From: the human T2T-CHM13v2.0 reference genome, Homo sapiens
Length of the DNA: 64,000 bases
Assembly: GCF_009914755.1 (NCBI RefSeq)
Contig: NC_060942.1
Strand: one strand, 5' to 3'
Below, piece by piece: positions 27,480 to 41,130 of the stretch. Numbering within the stretch: the stretch's first letter is position 1; every line of letters starts with the position of its first letter. The position numbers and the translations under genes were made by a program. The notes below the pieces were generated by a model that was not told where the DNA came from, ran no database searches, and saw only the letters and a list, made by a program, of their open reading frames with translations.

Positions 27480-28650
27480 TTTCAATGTTTTATTTACAAG
27501 TAATACCTCTACATATTTCTAAAGTAAAATATTAGAAAAAATCTGTTACAGAAAAGTCTCACTTCTACACCATCCCCAGTCAACCTATCATCTTCAAATG
27601 CAAATATTTTTATTCGTTTCTTATTCTTCCTGTGATATTTCATTCTTATACAACTAAAACAAAACATCCTGTTTCTTCTTTTTACCCATATGGCAAACTA
27701 TATGTGTTGCTTTACACCTTGCATATTTATTTTTATTTATGTATTTATCGAGACAGGGTCTCAATCCTTCACCCAGGCTGGAGTGCAGTGGCACAATGAG
27801 GGCTCACTGTGGCCTCAACTTCCTGGGCTCAGCTGATGCTTTCACCTCAGACCCTAGAACAGCTGGGGCTACAGGTGCAGGCCACCACATTGAGCTAATT
27901 TTCTGTGTTTTTGGTAGAGACAGATTTTCACCATGTTGCCTAGGTTGGCATTTTTAACTTCACAATAAATTACTCTATGTCAGTATACAGCGATCTCCCT
28001 AATATTTTTGTATTCCCCTGTGTGGAAGTGTTTCATTACAGGTGATGTAATGTCTCCCCTGTTGATGGACATTCAGATGGTTTCCATTCTTTAACACTTA
28101 TAATACTGTGTTAAGTTACATTCTACATATGTTACTGTGAACATGTGCAGGAGAATTAGTAGATTCACAGAAGGTGAACTGATAGATTGAAAAAGGTAAA
28201 TAGCATCATAATTTTAGTAGGTATTGCCAGATTCTCCTTCATAAAGTGTATCATTTTGCATCCCCACCAACAATGTCTAAGAGTGCCTAATTTGAGGCCA
28301 TTAGAGCTGCTGTAATTGAACCTAAATGTGTTCTTTGGGTAAATATATGAGGACATTTTTAATCAGTTCCCCAGAATGGTTTTAATAATTTACATTACCA
28401 CCAGCAAACAATGGCAATTTTGATATTACCTGTCTTTAGTGACATAATATTGTGATTTTAATTTGTATTTCTCTATGACTACCTAAATTAAACCTTTTTT
28501 TACCTTTATTAGCTATATCATCTTTTGTTCAAGTATTTTTCCATTTTTCAATTGGGTACTCTGATTTTTCTAATTTATTTATTATTTTATTGTATATTAT
28601 GCATACAAATCTTTTGCTAGATATATGTACTGGAAATATATTATTCCCCT
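27480..28650 (-). mobile_element. Old L1ME/MC 3' fragments
   Basis: cccctgttgatggacattcagatggtttcc, ttttgcatccccaccaacaatgtctaagagtgcc, ttttaatttgtatttctct. Confidence 0.7.
27727..27947 (-). mobile_element. AluJ, 5'-truncated
   Basis: gagacagggtctc...ggcctcaacttcctgggctca...catgttgcctaggttgg; TSD gcatattta / gcattttta. Confidence 0.9.
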
Positions 28651-28659
28651 CTGACTTAG

Positions 28660-31530
28660 GCAAGTCCAATTCATCTACAGTTTTATTGATTTTTGTCTGC
28701 TTGTTCAATCACCTATTGAGAGAAATGTGTTAAATTTGCCGCTAGGTGAATCTGTCTATTTACCCAGTTCTATCAATATTTGCTGTATTTATTTTGAAGC
28801 TATATTAATAGAAGCATTCTAATTTAAAATGTTATGTTTTCCTGATTAACCTTATTATGATTATATAACATATCTCTTTATTATTCATATTTCTCCTAGC
28901 CTTAAAGTTCACTTTACCTAGTAGATGAAGCTTCCTTTTGATTTGTCTTGGCATAATGTTCATTTCTGTTTTCCTATTTGGAACTTTCAGACTTCTTGGG
29001 TAAGAATCATATAGTTTTTTTTTTTTTTACATCGATTTGTTAAAACCATAATCTTTTACTTGAATTAAAAAGGAGCTTTTTAGTGTAATGATTTTACATT
29101 TCAGTTTCTATTTCCATCTTAATATTTTCTTTCTAGTTGACCCACCTATTTTATGCAATTTCTCTTTTCTTGCTTTTAGATTAAGCAAATATTTTGTTTT
29201 AGTTTTAATGCATTTGCTATATACTCTTTTATTATTACTCTTTTAGTGGTCACCCTAGAGATTAAAATATACTTCTTTGACTTATTATAGTCTGATATAA
29301 GTGATTACTTCATTATTTCTCCCCCAAAATGCTAGAATCTTAGATTACTTCAACTTTTGCTTTTTTGTTGTCATGCATTTTAAATGTGTTTTACATTTCA
29401 CGATATTACTATTAAGTCATTATTCATTATATCAATCCACATTATTATGTACACCCTATTTTCATCTTCTTGCATTTCTCTTTTGCTTGACATTATTTTT
29501 TGTGTGCATGAATTTCTCACTGTAGTATTTGTTTGAGAAAGTATGCTTTTATAATTCTTTTTGTTTGTCTGAAAATGTTCTTAGTTCAACTTCATTTTTG
29601 AAGGATGTTTCACAGTATGGAATTCTAAATTGGCAGTTTTCTCTTAGTATTTTATAGATGTTGTTCTATAATCTTCTGGCTTCAGTAGTTTCTATTAACC
29701 AATAAACTCTCATTCTCTCTGTTACACCTATCTTTTTCTCTGGCTCCTTTTAAGATTTATTTCTTTGTCTTTATTATTGTTTTTAGTGGTGTCTATGTGT
29801 GTATGAAGTGCTCCATGGACTTAGGTTTCATGGTTTTTATAATTTTAGAAAATATAGAGCCATTATTTTTCCAAATGTGTTTTTTCTCTATTCTCCTTCG
29901 CATTTTTCCTGAGACTCTAATTATACATTTACTGGAACTTTGCTGTCTCTTTTAAGTTTCTTATGCTCTTTTCTGTAATTTCCATTATTGTTGTTTTTCT
30001 CTCTGCTTCAGTTTATATATTTTCTACAGACGTTTTCATAGTCCATGAATCCTCTCCTGTGATGTGTGCTGTTCAACTCATCTATTGAGTTCCTTATTTT
30101 ACATGCAGTATTTTTTAGTTTCCGAATGTCTTTTTATCCCTTTTATAAATTCCAAAGTCTTTACTTTTTCATTATTTTTCTCTAGTTTTGTACCCATTTT
30201 ATTAAATATTTGTATTGTAATTATTTTTGAAATCCTTCACTTCCATATCTAACTGCCCATGCTTCTATTTCTACGAAGTGGTTAGTTCTTATAGGGCTTT
30301 GTGTTTGTTTAGGTGTTTTTTTTGTTTGTTTTTTTAACTTTACTCTTGTTTCTTAGTCATATGGTCTTCTTTCTTGGCATACCTAGTAATTTTTTTCTTG
30401 TATGCCAGACAATATGTATAGAAATTTCTAAAGGTTTTGATAATATAATTCTTGTTCACAGGGGTCATTTTTATTTCTCTAGGCTTAATGGGAGCTGGCC
30501 TCCTTATTCAATCCAGGACTGAGCTGCTGAGTACACCCCCTTTTTTTCCTTTGTTTTCCATGGCTTTCATCTGATTTTTAAACTTTGCTTTCTCAGTTCC
30601 AGGAGACACATGAAAACCCTTTTCTGTTTTTCCAATGTTATAGCTTAGCTCTCATACTTGTGCCTCATGCAACTTAGGAATTTATCAAAGTCTTGAGGGG
30701 AAAATCAGCTGTGTGTTTGAATCCCGTTGTCTTAGCCTGTTTTCTGTTACTGTAACAGAATACCTGAGACTAGATAATTTATAAAGAAAATGGGTTTATT
30801 TTGGTTCACGGTTCTAGATGCTGGCATATTCAAGACCACGCAACCACATCTGGCCAACTTCAGGTGGGGACCTTGTGCTGTGACATAATATGGCAAAGAA
30901 GTGAAGAGGAAGCAGCAACATGCCACAAGGGACAAAAAACAAGAGGCAGTCTCACCTTCTAACAACCTGCTCTCACAGTAACTAGTTCAGTCCCACAAGA
31001 GCAAGAACTCATTCATTCCCTCAAGATTTAACCCAGTCTCAAGAGAGCGATTTTAGTTCCTCTTAATAACCTAATCACCTGCTACCTGCCAACACTGCCA
31101 CACTGGTGACCAAATCTTCCAACACATAAATTCTGGAAGACAGACTCAAGCAATAGACTCGCCCATACAATTTTCAAATTTGGTCAATCTATTACCAAAA
31201 ATTCTCAAAAGTTCTGTTATTTTCTTTATCCCCAAGCAGTGGCCTCTGCTAGGCAAAGTCCAGATTCTTCATCCCTTGCCCATGCCCAGAATTAGCAAAT
31301 ATCTCATGACAAAAGAGGCTTTCACAATCAGCTGACCTTTCTATGGTTCTCCCCTCTCAGAAAATTTTGCCCCTTTACACTTTAGTGTTTCAACTGTAAC
31401 TTGAAGCCCCTAAACAAATGATTTTTATTTGTGGCATATATATCTTTTAGTTTTTCTCAGTGACACAACTGGTCTGCCAAAAACTACTTCATCTTACTCT
31501 GAGGAAAAGTATAATTTTAATTGTTAATTT
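28660..31530 (-). mobile_element. Old L1M ORF2 start/ORF1/5' region, interrupted by a MaLR LTR
   Basis: ttgatttttgtctgcttgttc...attgagagaaatgtgttaaa; ttgtttgtctgaaaatgttc...ttcatttttgaaggatg...ggaattctaaattggcagttt. Confidence 0.7.
30728..31157 (-). mobile_element. MaLR solo LTR (MSTC/D-like)
   Basis: tgtcttagcctgttttctgttactgtaacagaatacctgagactagataatttataaagaaaa...ccaacactgccacactgg. Confidence 0.87.
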
Positions 31531-31559
31531 TCTAGAAAGGTTACAATTTCAGCTTATAT

Positions 31560-32520
31560 TTCTCTTTCATTCTGACATTGTTTAATAAAAACTATTTTTG
31601 AATGTATAGGTAGGGGGCTTTGAGTTTTATAATTTTGTTACTAACTTCTGGTTTTATTGCACTGTGATCAGAGGGTGATATCTATGCTATTTCTAATTTT
31701 TGAAATATAGTCAGGGATTTCTGGTAAATTGTTGTGATTGTTCCATGGACACTTGAACATTATAATTATATATATATATGTATGTATATGTATATTACTC
31801 TTAAACTGAATTGTCCAAGAGTTCTATATCCTTACTGATATTTTGGTACTCTAATCTTAGAAGTATAAGTTTCTATTATTGTATTTATGTACAGCTCTCC
31901 TTGCATCCATTACTTCTGCTTTATGAAAGCTGTGGTATAAGAAGAATATTTGCTCACAAACCTCATTTTTTTTTATTATACTTTAAGTTTTAGGGTACAT
32001 GTGCACAACGTGCAAGTTTGTTACATACGTATACATGTGCCATGTTGGTGTGCTGCACCCATTAACTTGTCATTTACATTAACAAACCTCATATTTTTAA
32101 TGTGAATTTAATGTTTAGCATTACAAAGTACCATGGTTTCTCTTGCTGAATTTTTTTTTTGGCTTGACTGACTGGTCTAAGATTAAAATTATAATATCTG
32201 CTTCCTTTTGGTAATTACCACTTTTGTTTAGTTTTAGTTTACAGTTAAATATATTCTAAACTTATCCTTAATATTTTTTACTAATATTTTACTAATTATC
32301 TTTTGATAAATGAAGCTCATGCACTAATAAGTTTCTCATATAAATACTTATGGGGAATATTTCCTTCATTCTTGCATATTTCAAATTGTTTACTTATAAT
32401 CCTTATATTTAAAGGACAGTTTGGTGAAATATAAAATCCTTGGTTCATGCTTTTTTGAGTATCTCAGTATTGCTCCACTGTCCTCTAGCATTGAAGGTTG
32501 AGCCCATTCTTATTGGTTTT
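31560..32520 (-). mobile_element. Old L1M fragments
   Basis: ctaacttctggttttattgcactgtgatcagag; aaggacagtttggtgaaatataaaatccttggttca. Confidence 0.6.
31967..32081 (-). mobile_element. Very short (115 bp) L1PA4/5-like insertion
   Basis: T-run plus attatactttaagttttagggtacatgtgcacaacgtgc...catttacatta; perfect TSD acaaacctcat (31956-31966 / 32082-32092). Confidence 0.95.
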
Positions 32521-33668
32521 GGTGTTTTGGCCACACTTACATAAAGTTTGGGGTTTACAGTTTGCCTTTTACTCTTAGCTTCCATGGAGATTGAGTTTAT
32601 AGGTTTTATTTCTCTTCCTCTTCTTTTATTTGTAATAAACAGTAGGAAGTAGTAGAAATTGAGTTGTTGCCATGACCCTACCGGAATCCTGGCTAACTTT
32701 CTGATCTCTCATCTTCAAATTCCATATTTGTAAAATGTGGACTCCTACTTCAGAAAGTTACCTAAAAATTAGATAAGCTACCTACGTGCACTGCTTGGCA
32801 CACAAAACTATTTAATGAATGTTAGTTCTGTTTAGCAACCATTAGTTGCTGACAATAGATTTAGGTTTTGAGGCCAAATCTTTTGTCATCTAGACATGAT
32901 TCCTAAGTCAGGCTCTTCCGGTCACATAAAATAATATTTTTGAAAAAAACCAAAACACAATTTACTTTTTAACATCAAGAATCATATTCAGTGTTCTGGA
33001 GGCCTATGCTTACATGCCTACCCAAATTACCTAACAAAACCATGGGGACCCACTAGGTGCCTTTGAATTAGCTTAGTTAGGTTACATCTGGGAAGAAAAT
33101 CATTAAAAGCTGTTCTATTGATATGCAGATTTTAATAATTAGCAAAAGTCTGTTACTTTAAATAGTGAAAAATTTTTGGTGGAGTTGTATGTTTTATGAT
33201 TGAGACAGTGGTAATATTATTGAAATAAATTTGAAGAATATGAACATTAGTTTTCTTCAGGAAATGAATGCTCATATTTCTCAAGTTGTTGAAAAACAGA
33301 TAAATCAATCTATTAGTTTTCTAAATTAAAAATATATTGAAATCTATGATTCGGAGATTACTTGCATTGGCTTTGACAGCTTGGATGCTGTTAAGCACAA
33401 GACACTCTCCCTATAGTAAAAGGCAGGTTGAATCACACAGCTCCACATTAACTATGATCAATTGACAGTACATTGCTGGCATCTTTTTTAAAAATTAATA
33501 ACTTGCTCAAGGAAATGACTACATGAACAATTTTCACAATTTCAACGTTTTGTTTTGAAATAAATTTATTTTTCCCACATGGTAACATCAATTGCTTTCT
33601 TCCTTTGATTCCTCTCTCGTCTTTTCTCCTGAGTCCCCTATTGAGGTTGGTGTTTTATTGAGAAGAAT

Positions 33669-33675
33669 ACACACA

Positions 33676-33707
<32 letters not shown>
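33669..33707. repeat. (CA)n microsatellite
   Basis: Directly visible. Confidence 0.97.
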
Positions 33708-33709
<2 letters not shown>

Positions 33710-33761
33710 ATGAGTGCATATAACATTTTCTAAAATAGTATTAGTTCTTTCATTTGACTTA

Positions 33762-33960
33762 CACAGGGTGGCTATAAACCCACATTGAAATAAGGCGGCC
33801 ATTCAACAAATATTTTTGGGAGCCCTCTTTTGAAATTCCCTCAGGATAATTTTAGAAATCCAATATAAAATGCATCTAATTATGTTTTCCTTATGAACCC
33901 AATTTGATTCCAAATTGCTTTTGATTGTTTCTAAACATTAAATCTATTCCTGAAGGCTGA
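33762..33960. mobile_element. Ancient mariner-derived element (MARNA-like, tentative)
   Basis: acagggtggctataaa and caaatatttttgggagccctcttttgaaattccctcag resemble the remembered consensus. Confidence 0.4.
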
Positions 33961-34562
33961 AAGTTTAGGACTTCTGTTTTTGTTTGTTTGATTATTTTTT
34001 TGCTCTTATTAACATCAATTTGGATACTTGACAATGTCAGTAATTTGTAGAAGTCCAAAACATCCATATATACACAAACATAGACACATGCACATGTGCA
34101 TTTATGACATTTCACACAAAATGAGTTCAGAGAAGATGTGTTCCCCATCCCCCTGCCTCTCCTGGATAATGCCATGTAGTAGGGGAACAGCTGAAGACTG
34201 AGACTCACTCAGCCAGGGAAATCAGAGGGGTCTGGCTGACATCAAGTTCATAGGCCATGACCATGTTACAGACACGTGACAGTTGGGATTGAAGGCCAGT
34301 GTCCAATTCAATAAGAACCTCGAGGAGTGGGTCTGAACCACAGGAGTTAGAGGGTCGTATCAAAATCTCAAGAGAGATTTTCAAACCATACACTAGTTCA
34401 TTCGATAAGGATTGCAAACCATGATGTTGTAGATTGACATGGAAATTTTTTTTAAGATAACTGCAAATACTTCTAGCAATAAAAATGCTATTAAATAACA
34501 CATTTAAAGGATTGGTCAAATAGCAAATTAGTTACAGTCAACAGAGAAAAAATGACCTAGGC

Positions 34563-34725
34563 CAGGGCTTCCCAAACTTTACTATGCAAACAAATAACCG
34601 AGGGATCTTGTTAAAAATGTAGATTGTTATTCACTAGGTCTGAAGTTAGTACTGAAAATCTACATGTCTAGTAAGCCTCTAGGAGTTGCCAATACTACCA
34701 GTCTGAACTGCACTTTCAGCTGCAA
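34563..34725. mobile_element. MER5A1-like MITE
   Basis: cagggcttcccaaacttt...gggatcttgttaaaaatgtagatt...taggtctgaag. Confidence 0.75.
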
Positions 34726-34974
34726 AAGTTAATATTAGGGAGGTTGATTTTAGGCATCACACCCCAAAAAGAAGAAAGGAAATGAAAAATATAAGAAAAT
34801 TAGGAGGGTAGATACAGTAATAGTGTAAAAATTGCTACATATATTAACAAAAGAAAAACAAAAACAGAACAATTTGGGATGAGGCAATATTCAAGAGATA
34901 ATGGTTGAGTATTTGTCAACATTAAAGGAACAAGTTATTCGGTTCTGACTGTGATGACAAGATTCTGGCCTTTG

Positions 34975-35556
34975 AGTCAATAGGAATGAGATTTTGAAAA
35001 GGAAAGAAGAGTACATTTTGCAAAAAGGAGAGATGTGAATTGTTGTGGCCAGAGGATAGGCTGAGATAACTAGTGTTCAAAGATATACACCTTCAATTCT
35101 TTTTTCTCCCTTGACAAACAGGCAACTTTGTCCATCAAGATTTGGAATATCTTTTCCTTCCCCTGACCCAATGCTGGATTTCTTACTTGCTTTGACTAAT
35201 AAAATGTAACATTCTAAAACTTCTCATCTGAAGCCTTTAGAAGACTAGCAGCTTCTGCTTCCTCTCTCTCTTTCTCAGAAGCAAGCCACCAGGTAAGTAA
35301 TAACCATATCTACCTTGCAGGAGAGAGTGCCATATGAAATGAGACCTTAAGCTACCTTATATGCTTCAGTGCCAGCTGAGCATCCTGCTGAAAGCAGGCT
35401 CACAGTCAAGCTTTGGCAAGATAAGCAGAAGAATCACCCAGCTGAGCCCCAGCCAGCCCTCAGAATCATGAGAAATAATAATTTCTTGTTGTTTTAAACC
35501 ACTGTTGTTTTTTGAGGGAGAGCATGGAAAATTATATTACAATAGATAACTGACAC
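34975..35556 (+). mobile_element. MLT1H-like LTR (from ~35063) preceded by an MLT1-int 3' remnant
   Basis: gagatgtgaattgttgtggccagagga internal end; LTR with cttgctttgactaataaaatg, cacccagctgagccccagcc, cagaatcatgagaaataata, atagataactgacaca. Confidence 0.82.
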
Positions 35557-35822
35557 ACTACGGAACAAGCCATGATTGTCTTTTAAACTCATGTAAAATT
35601 GTGGTGTGGCAGGAAAGCAGATAAAATCAGTGGTGCTATTTAAATTGCATAAACTCCAGTGAACTTTTGATAACTGTTGACTGTTAATTCCACAGAGCGC
35701 TAGCATAGAGGTTGCAAACTGGCTGCTGTGTTGCAGAAGATCAGATAGTCAGTGATGGTCTGCTGCATGAATTATAAACAGAGTTTTAAATATTGTGGCA
35801 GCCTGTTTCACAGCGTGCTCAT

Positions 35823-36146
35823 GTAGAAGTTACAAACTGGCTGCCAAATGACAACATTCTGATCTCAGGTGTATTTTCTTTCATCCATACAGTGTCCCCT
35901 CCCCAAATAGAATTAATTACAACAGTATAATATTGGAAAGCCTCCATATAAAAATCAAATTCCCATCTTCTTTTGGAAAAAATGATCAAAGATGGGTTAG
36001 CATTCCTATATGGTAATATTTAGCTGGAGCTGAGGGGGAGCTGCATCCTTGTGGCTAAGCATGTATTCTGTTTGCCACAGCCCCCAGTCCTTGTCTCTTC
36101 TCTGAAATATCTACCTCACTCCATGGATATTTGAATTAGTGACCTT
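35823..36146. mobile_element. MER102-like hAT-Charlie element
   Basis: tataaaaatcaaattccc...gcattcctatatggtaatatttagctggagctgag...gtttgccacagcccc...tttgaattagtgacc. Confidence 0.65.
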
Positions 36147-37229
36147 TAACACAGACTATGAATCAGAAACAGAAGGTCACCAGGGGAGAGGCAGCTGAGA
36201 AACAAAGCTAGCAGAATCCCCGGGTCACCACTCTGAGATGTTTTCTTGACCTGGAAGTGAAGCAGGCATTCTCCTGAGGCAGTGACTCTCACTTTATTTA
36301 GGGTTGTATTTTAAGCATTTGCCAGGGGTAAATATATCTGGTGGCTTCTAGGCACACAGAAGCATGGCAGAATGATGCTGCTGGCTTTCAATTAATTACT
36401 ATTTACATGTAATTTCACAAGGTCAGGCATTTTGTCCTAGTTGGCTGCTATATCTAGGAACTCGATATATATTTGCTTATACAGTGACCATCCACCACTC
36501 AGCCCTTTGCCCACATGAGCAGACTTTGATTTTAAATTCACTTTCGGGTTCTGCTGGAGACTTTTGTGGGTTGTCTATTTGAAGCTGCAGGTTTCCCAAT
36601 TCTGTTCTGTGTCATTGTTGGTATCATTGTTTCTGCTAGAAATTTCCAGAAATTTCTTAATGTTCTGCCTATGAATAATATGCTTTCTAATTTCTCATCA
36701 CTACAGACTTGATTTGATTTTTACATTCGTTTTCTCATTCCCATGGTGTTTGGGGAAGAAGTGACAAATACATAAGATCAGTCAGTCACTCTGAACGACA
36801 AGTCAAGCTGCGGAGTTTTGAGGAAAAATACTGTAAATTTTATGCCTAGAAAAGTTCTCATATTTGAAGACTACATACAATTATTCTAATATGTACAAGA
36901 CCTTAGAGAATACACTATCCAGAAATATTCTTACAGATATTTGAAATTTTACTGAAACAAATGAAGAGATCAGAAATCAGGCTGGCTTTCTCCACAGGCA
37001 GTGGTTCTCACCCTCAATTCAGAATCCAGAATTTCAGAATGAAAAGACAAGATATTAGAGTTTACAAGAATTAAAATAAAATTAAAGACAGATGCTTATA
37101 TAACCATTGTAAATATAATTACAAAACAAGATAGAAGTCAAAAATTATTCTTGAAAGGCAAAAAGTATAATATAAAATTCAAACGATAATTTAAAAAATT
37201 TGAGCCTAAAATATCTTTTCTTAATAAAT

Positions 37230-37280
37230 ATTAGAATGTAGAGGAAATTAGAATGTAGAGGAAATCAGAATGCAGAGGGA
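37230..37280 (+). repeat. 17-bp tandem repeat, 3 copies
   Basis: attagaatgtagaggaa x2 then atcagaatgcagaggga. Confidence 0.9.
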
Positions 37281-37344
37281 CAAAAGAAATATGCTGTTTT
37301 TTTCTCTTTTTACAGATGTAAGTGCCAACAGTATTTTATTTTTT

Positions 37345-37646
37345 ATTTTTTGAGACAAGGTCTCACTTTGTAGCCTAGGCTGGAGTGCAGGTGAAAATGT
37401 CTCTCACTGCAGTCTCCACCCTCTGGGCTCAAGTGATCCTCCCACCTCAGCCTGGGTACTACAGGTACACTCTGCCATGCCTGGAAAATTTTCTTCTGTT
37501 TTCTTTTTCTTTTTTATTCTTTTTTTTTTTTTTCCTGTGGAGATGGGTCTCACCATGTTGCCCAAGCTGGTCTCGAACTCCTGGTTTTGAAAAGATCCTT
37601 CCCCCTCAGCCTCTGGGACTACAGGTGTGAACCACCATACCTGGCC
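37345..37646 (-). mobile_element. AluJ, diverged, with an expanded middle A/T tract
   Basis: gagacaaggtctcac...gctcaagtgatcctcccacctcagcc...ccaccatacctggcc; tattttattttt on both flanks. Confidence 0.9.
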
Positions 37647-38282
37647 ATATTTTATTTTTAATGTTAAAACTGAGAGATAAACATTAAATATTGCTAAAAA
37701 TATTTAATGAAAACTAAAAACAGATCTACAACTTCCAAGTCAGCAGAGAAAAAACACTCTCCAAAACAATAAAAGGAACAAAGAGAATGTGACAGATATA
37801 TTAAAAGACAATTTATAAAGCAATGAAAGTTGTGTGCTATTAAAATCATCCTAAATGAAAGCAGAATACAACTGACATATACATATCATATATGTACACA
37901 TACTATATATACTATGTATGCACAACTATATATGTATGTGTGCATACATAATTTGATTCCAATTTTGATTTTTAAAATACCTGAAAATAACTGGAAGTAA
38001 ACACACCAAAACACTATCAACAGAGTATTATGTGTAATTTTAATTTGACTTTGCTTTTCCTATATTATATTTTATATCATTAACTTGAATTGCTTTCAAA
38101 ATAAGGAAAAAATTCTTTTCTTTAGAGCATATAGAAGCCAAGCAATTTGCTGAAGACTAATTTTGAAAACAAAAAATGTCGAGCTTTGGAAAAGCTATGG
38201 TAAACAAAGCAACTGAGTAGTAGTAAAAGAAAGTAAAGAAAAAATAATCTTAAGACTCAGATCACAAAGAATGTGGAATCTT

Positions 38283-38637
38283 CAGCAAAGAACTAAAAGC
38301 TTGTGTCCCCTTCCCCCAAATTTATGTGTTGCAATTCTAACCACCAATGTGATAGAATTAGGACACGGGGCCTTTGGAAGGTAATTAAGCCATAGGGTAG
38401 AGCCTTCATGAATGGGATTGGTGCCCTTATAAAGGGACCCCAGAGAGCTCTATCCCTGTCTTTCTGCCATGTGAGGATATAGCAGAAGTCAGCAATCTGC
38501 AGCCTGAAAGAGGGCCCTCACCATGCTGGCACCCTGATCTTGGACTTCAACATCCCGAAGTGGGAGAAATAAGTGTTTATTTTTCAAGCCACTCAGTCTG
38601 GGCAGTTTGTTAGAGCAACCTTAACAGACCAAGACAC
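38283..38637 (+). mobile_element. MLT1A0-like solo LTR
   Basis: ggggcctttggaaggtaattaag...catgaatgggattggtgcccttataaa...gctggcaccctgatcttggacttc...cagaccaagaca. Confidence 0.9.
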
Positions 38638-39687
38638 AAACAAACAAAAATAGTAGAAACAAGGACTACTGAGGATGCAGGGTGTTATGTCTGGGCCAGA
38701 TTTTGGGATTCATCTTACCTAGAGAAATCCAAGCCCATGAAGACAATGCGGCATTCCATGATCATGGCATGATAGTGGTGAATGGGCAGTCAAGTGGATG
38801 CAGAGATTGTTTTTCAACATTACTGAATCATGACAGAGTCTGCCATCCTAAATCTTGGCTAAGATTCCTTTACATCACGAGAAAAATATGCAGAAAAATC
38901 CAACCTTATCCTAGGTTTGTCACTTGATGTGATCTGTAATTGGAATAGAAAGCCTTCCTTATAATTATTCTTGGTATTGATCCACTGGACATGAGACTGA
39001 GCACGATCTTGCTTTTCCAATAAGATGATACCCTCATTGTCGATCCAGGCCTCTTTCTACTGACGCACACACCTGCTGAGCTTCTGCCTGTGTTGACCTT
39101 TTGTGTGACCTAAATTCAACTGGTGTCCAGTGATTCCACTTTTTAGCTATCACAATCTAGCCAACCCGAAAAGTAAAACACTTTATAGAATGAAGTTGAA
39201 TCATGGGAACACAAATAAAATATATATTTTTAAAATGTTTAGAAAACTGACTTTCAGTGTCTGGGGAATTCATGTTTGCTGCTAGTAGAACCATCAGTAT
39301 TTATTGGTTCCTTAATAGTTTTAAAGGAATATTTGCCAAGACCTTCATGAACCCTCAAATCTGTGAATACATTTGTAGCAGATAATATCTGCAAAACATT
39401 GTGATAAACTAGAACATATGATTTTTTTGTGCTTTTAGAGCCTTAAAATTTCTATTAGTATGTGACTAAAATAATACATAAACTGAGTAACTCATCCCAT
39501 ACATCAGTTTTGCAGTAAGTTTAATTCAAATTTGCATGCCCCCACCTTCAAATTATAGGTTAGTATGTGTCATGAAACCTTAGGGTCACCTGGGAACAGT
39601 TAAAGACTCAACGTGAAATCTATAATCACCAAAATTTTACTTTATGTAATACACATTTTATTATAAAAATCATAGATTAAACTATTT

Positions 39688-39927
39688 AATAACAGCAAGC
39701 AATGTTTATTATTACTTCATACAGGAGACTGTGTCAAGTATTTTACATGTACTAATTGTATATTCCTCTCAACACCTGGTGTTGAAAATATCATCCCTTA
39801 GTTTACAGATCAGGAAAATAAAATACAGAAAGACTTCCCCAGAGCCAGAGAGTCACCTGCTTGGAAACGGTGGGCAAGGATTAAAAGCGAACTTCTTGGA
39901 ATCTGACGGCTGTGCCTTCAACCACAG
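39688..39927 (-). mobile_element. MIR (MIRb-like)
   Basis: caagtattttacatgt...tcatcccttagtttacagatcaggaaa...ctgtgccttcaaccac. Confidence 0.7.
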
Positions 39928-39932
39928 GCTGC

Positions 39933-40380
39933 TGTATTTATTTTCTAGGGTTGCTGTAACAAAATATCAAGACTTGGGTGGCTTAAAACAAAAGAAACTT
40001 ATTGCCTGACAATTCTGGAGGCCAGAAATCTGAAATCAAAGTGTTGGCAGCACCATGTCTTTTCTCACCTCTTTTAGCTTCTGGTGTTTGCAGGTAATAC
40101 TTGGAGTCCCTTGAGATGTAAAAGCATCATTCCAGTAGTGTGGCCCTCTTCTCCCTGTATCTCCACATCACCTTCCCTCTGTGCTGTCTCTGCCTCCAAA
40201 TTTTCCCTTTTTTTAAGGGCACCAGTTATATTGGATTGTGGTTCAACATAATGATCTCATTTTAACTTGATTACCTCTGTAAAGATCATATGTTCTAAAT
40301 AAGGTTATATTTGAAGCTACTGGGATTTGGGCTTCAACATATTGCTGAGGGAGGGAGAAATACAGTTCAATCTGTAAAAC
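39933..40380 (-). mobile_element. MLT1B/C solo LTR
   Basis: ttctagggttgctgtaacaaaa...ggtggcttaaaaca...ttttaacttgattacctctgtaaaga. Confidence 0.9.
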
Positions 40381-41130
40381 CTGCCCTTTAATAAATATGC
40401 TGTTTCCTCTTTAAAATATCCAAAACTATGTTGACATGAGAAACATTGTCAGAAACATTTGGAAAATATAATATCCAAAAATACTTTTTAAATCAGAGTT
40501 AAGGTGTATATGTAAATCTACTTAAGGATGAGAGCTCTTTAGCTAACAAAAGGAGGAAGGAGGAAGGAGGAAAGGAATGTTGACACTACTCCTGATTCTT
40601 AGCTTGCTCTTTCACATTCACTTCGGATTCTAGGAGCTGAGATCTGCAAAACTACCATGACTAGATTGTCAGAAAGCTCTCTTCTCCTAAATTAAGTCTT
40701 CAGTGGGGACGGTTTCTCATTAACAACCACACGAATTGAATTATCTCATTGCCCAAAATAGTTTGTGCCAGAATTTAATAGGGGAAACCCATCAATGTGT
40801 TTCTCATTAAAGTAAATGGATCCACATGATTAATTCCAAATTTGCTTAATATTCCCTACTAATGGGTGAATGAGGCATCATGAGATACTCCTTACTACCT
40901 GGCAGGTTTTATTTATACCAAACAGATGTTACTGCAGTGCCTTGACACTGGAAAATAAAACACTTGTTCTCATAAAAATGCTGGGGGCAAATAAACCTAA
41001 TTTATTTGCTGAACATTTTGGGTAAAACTTTATAATATACTATTCTAAAGGTTTTTTGGGTTATACGTAGTATACTATACCAAGAATTATAACAAAATTG
41101 CAAGAGAAATGATTGTTGCATTTGGAAGCT

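Noticed and set aside
35688-35845. ~39-bp degenerate direct repeat (tagaggttgcaaactggctgc / tagaagttacaaactggctgc)
   Set aside because: Explained most simply as adjacent termini of related hAT-Charlie MITEs.
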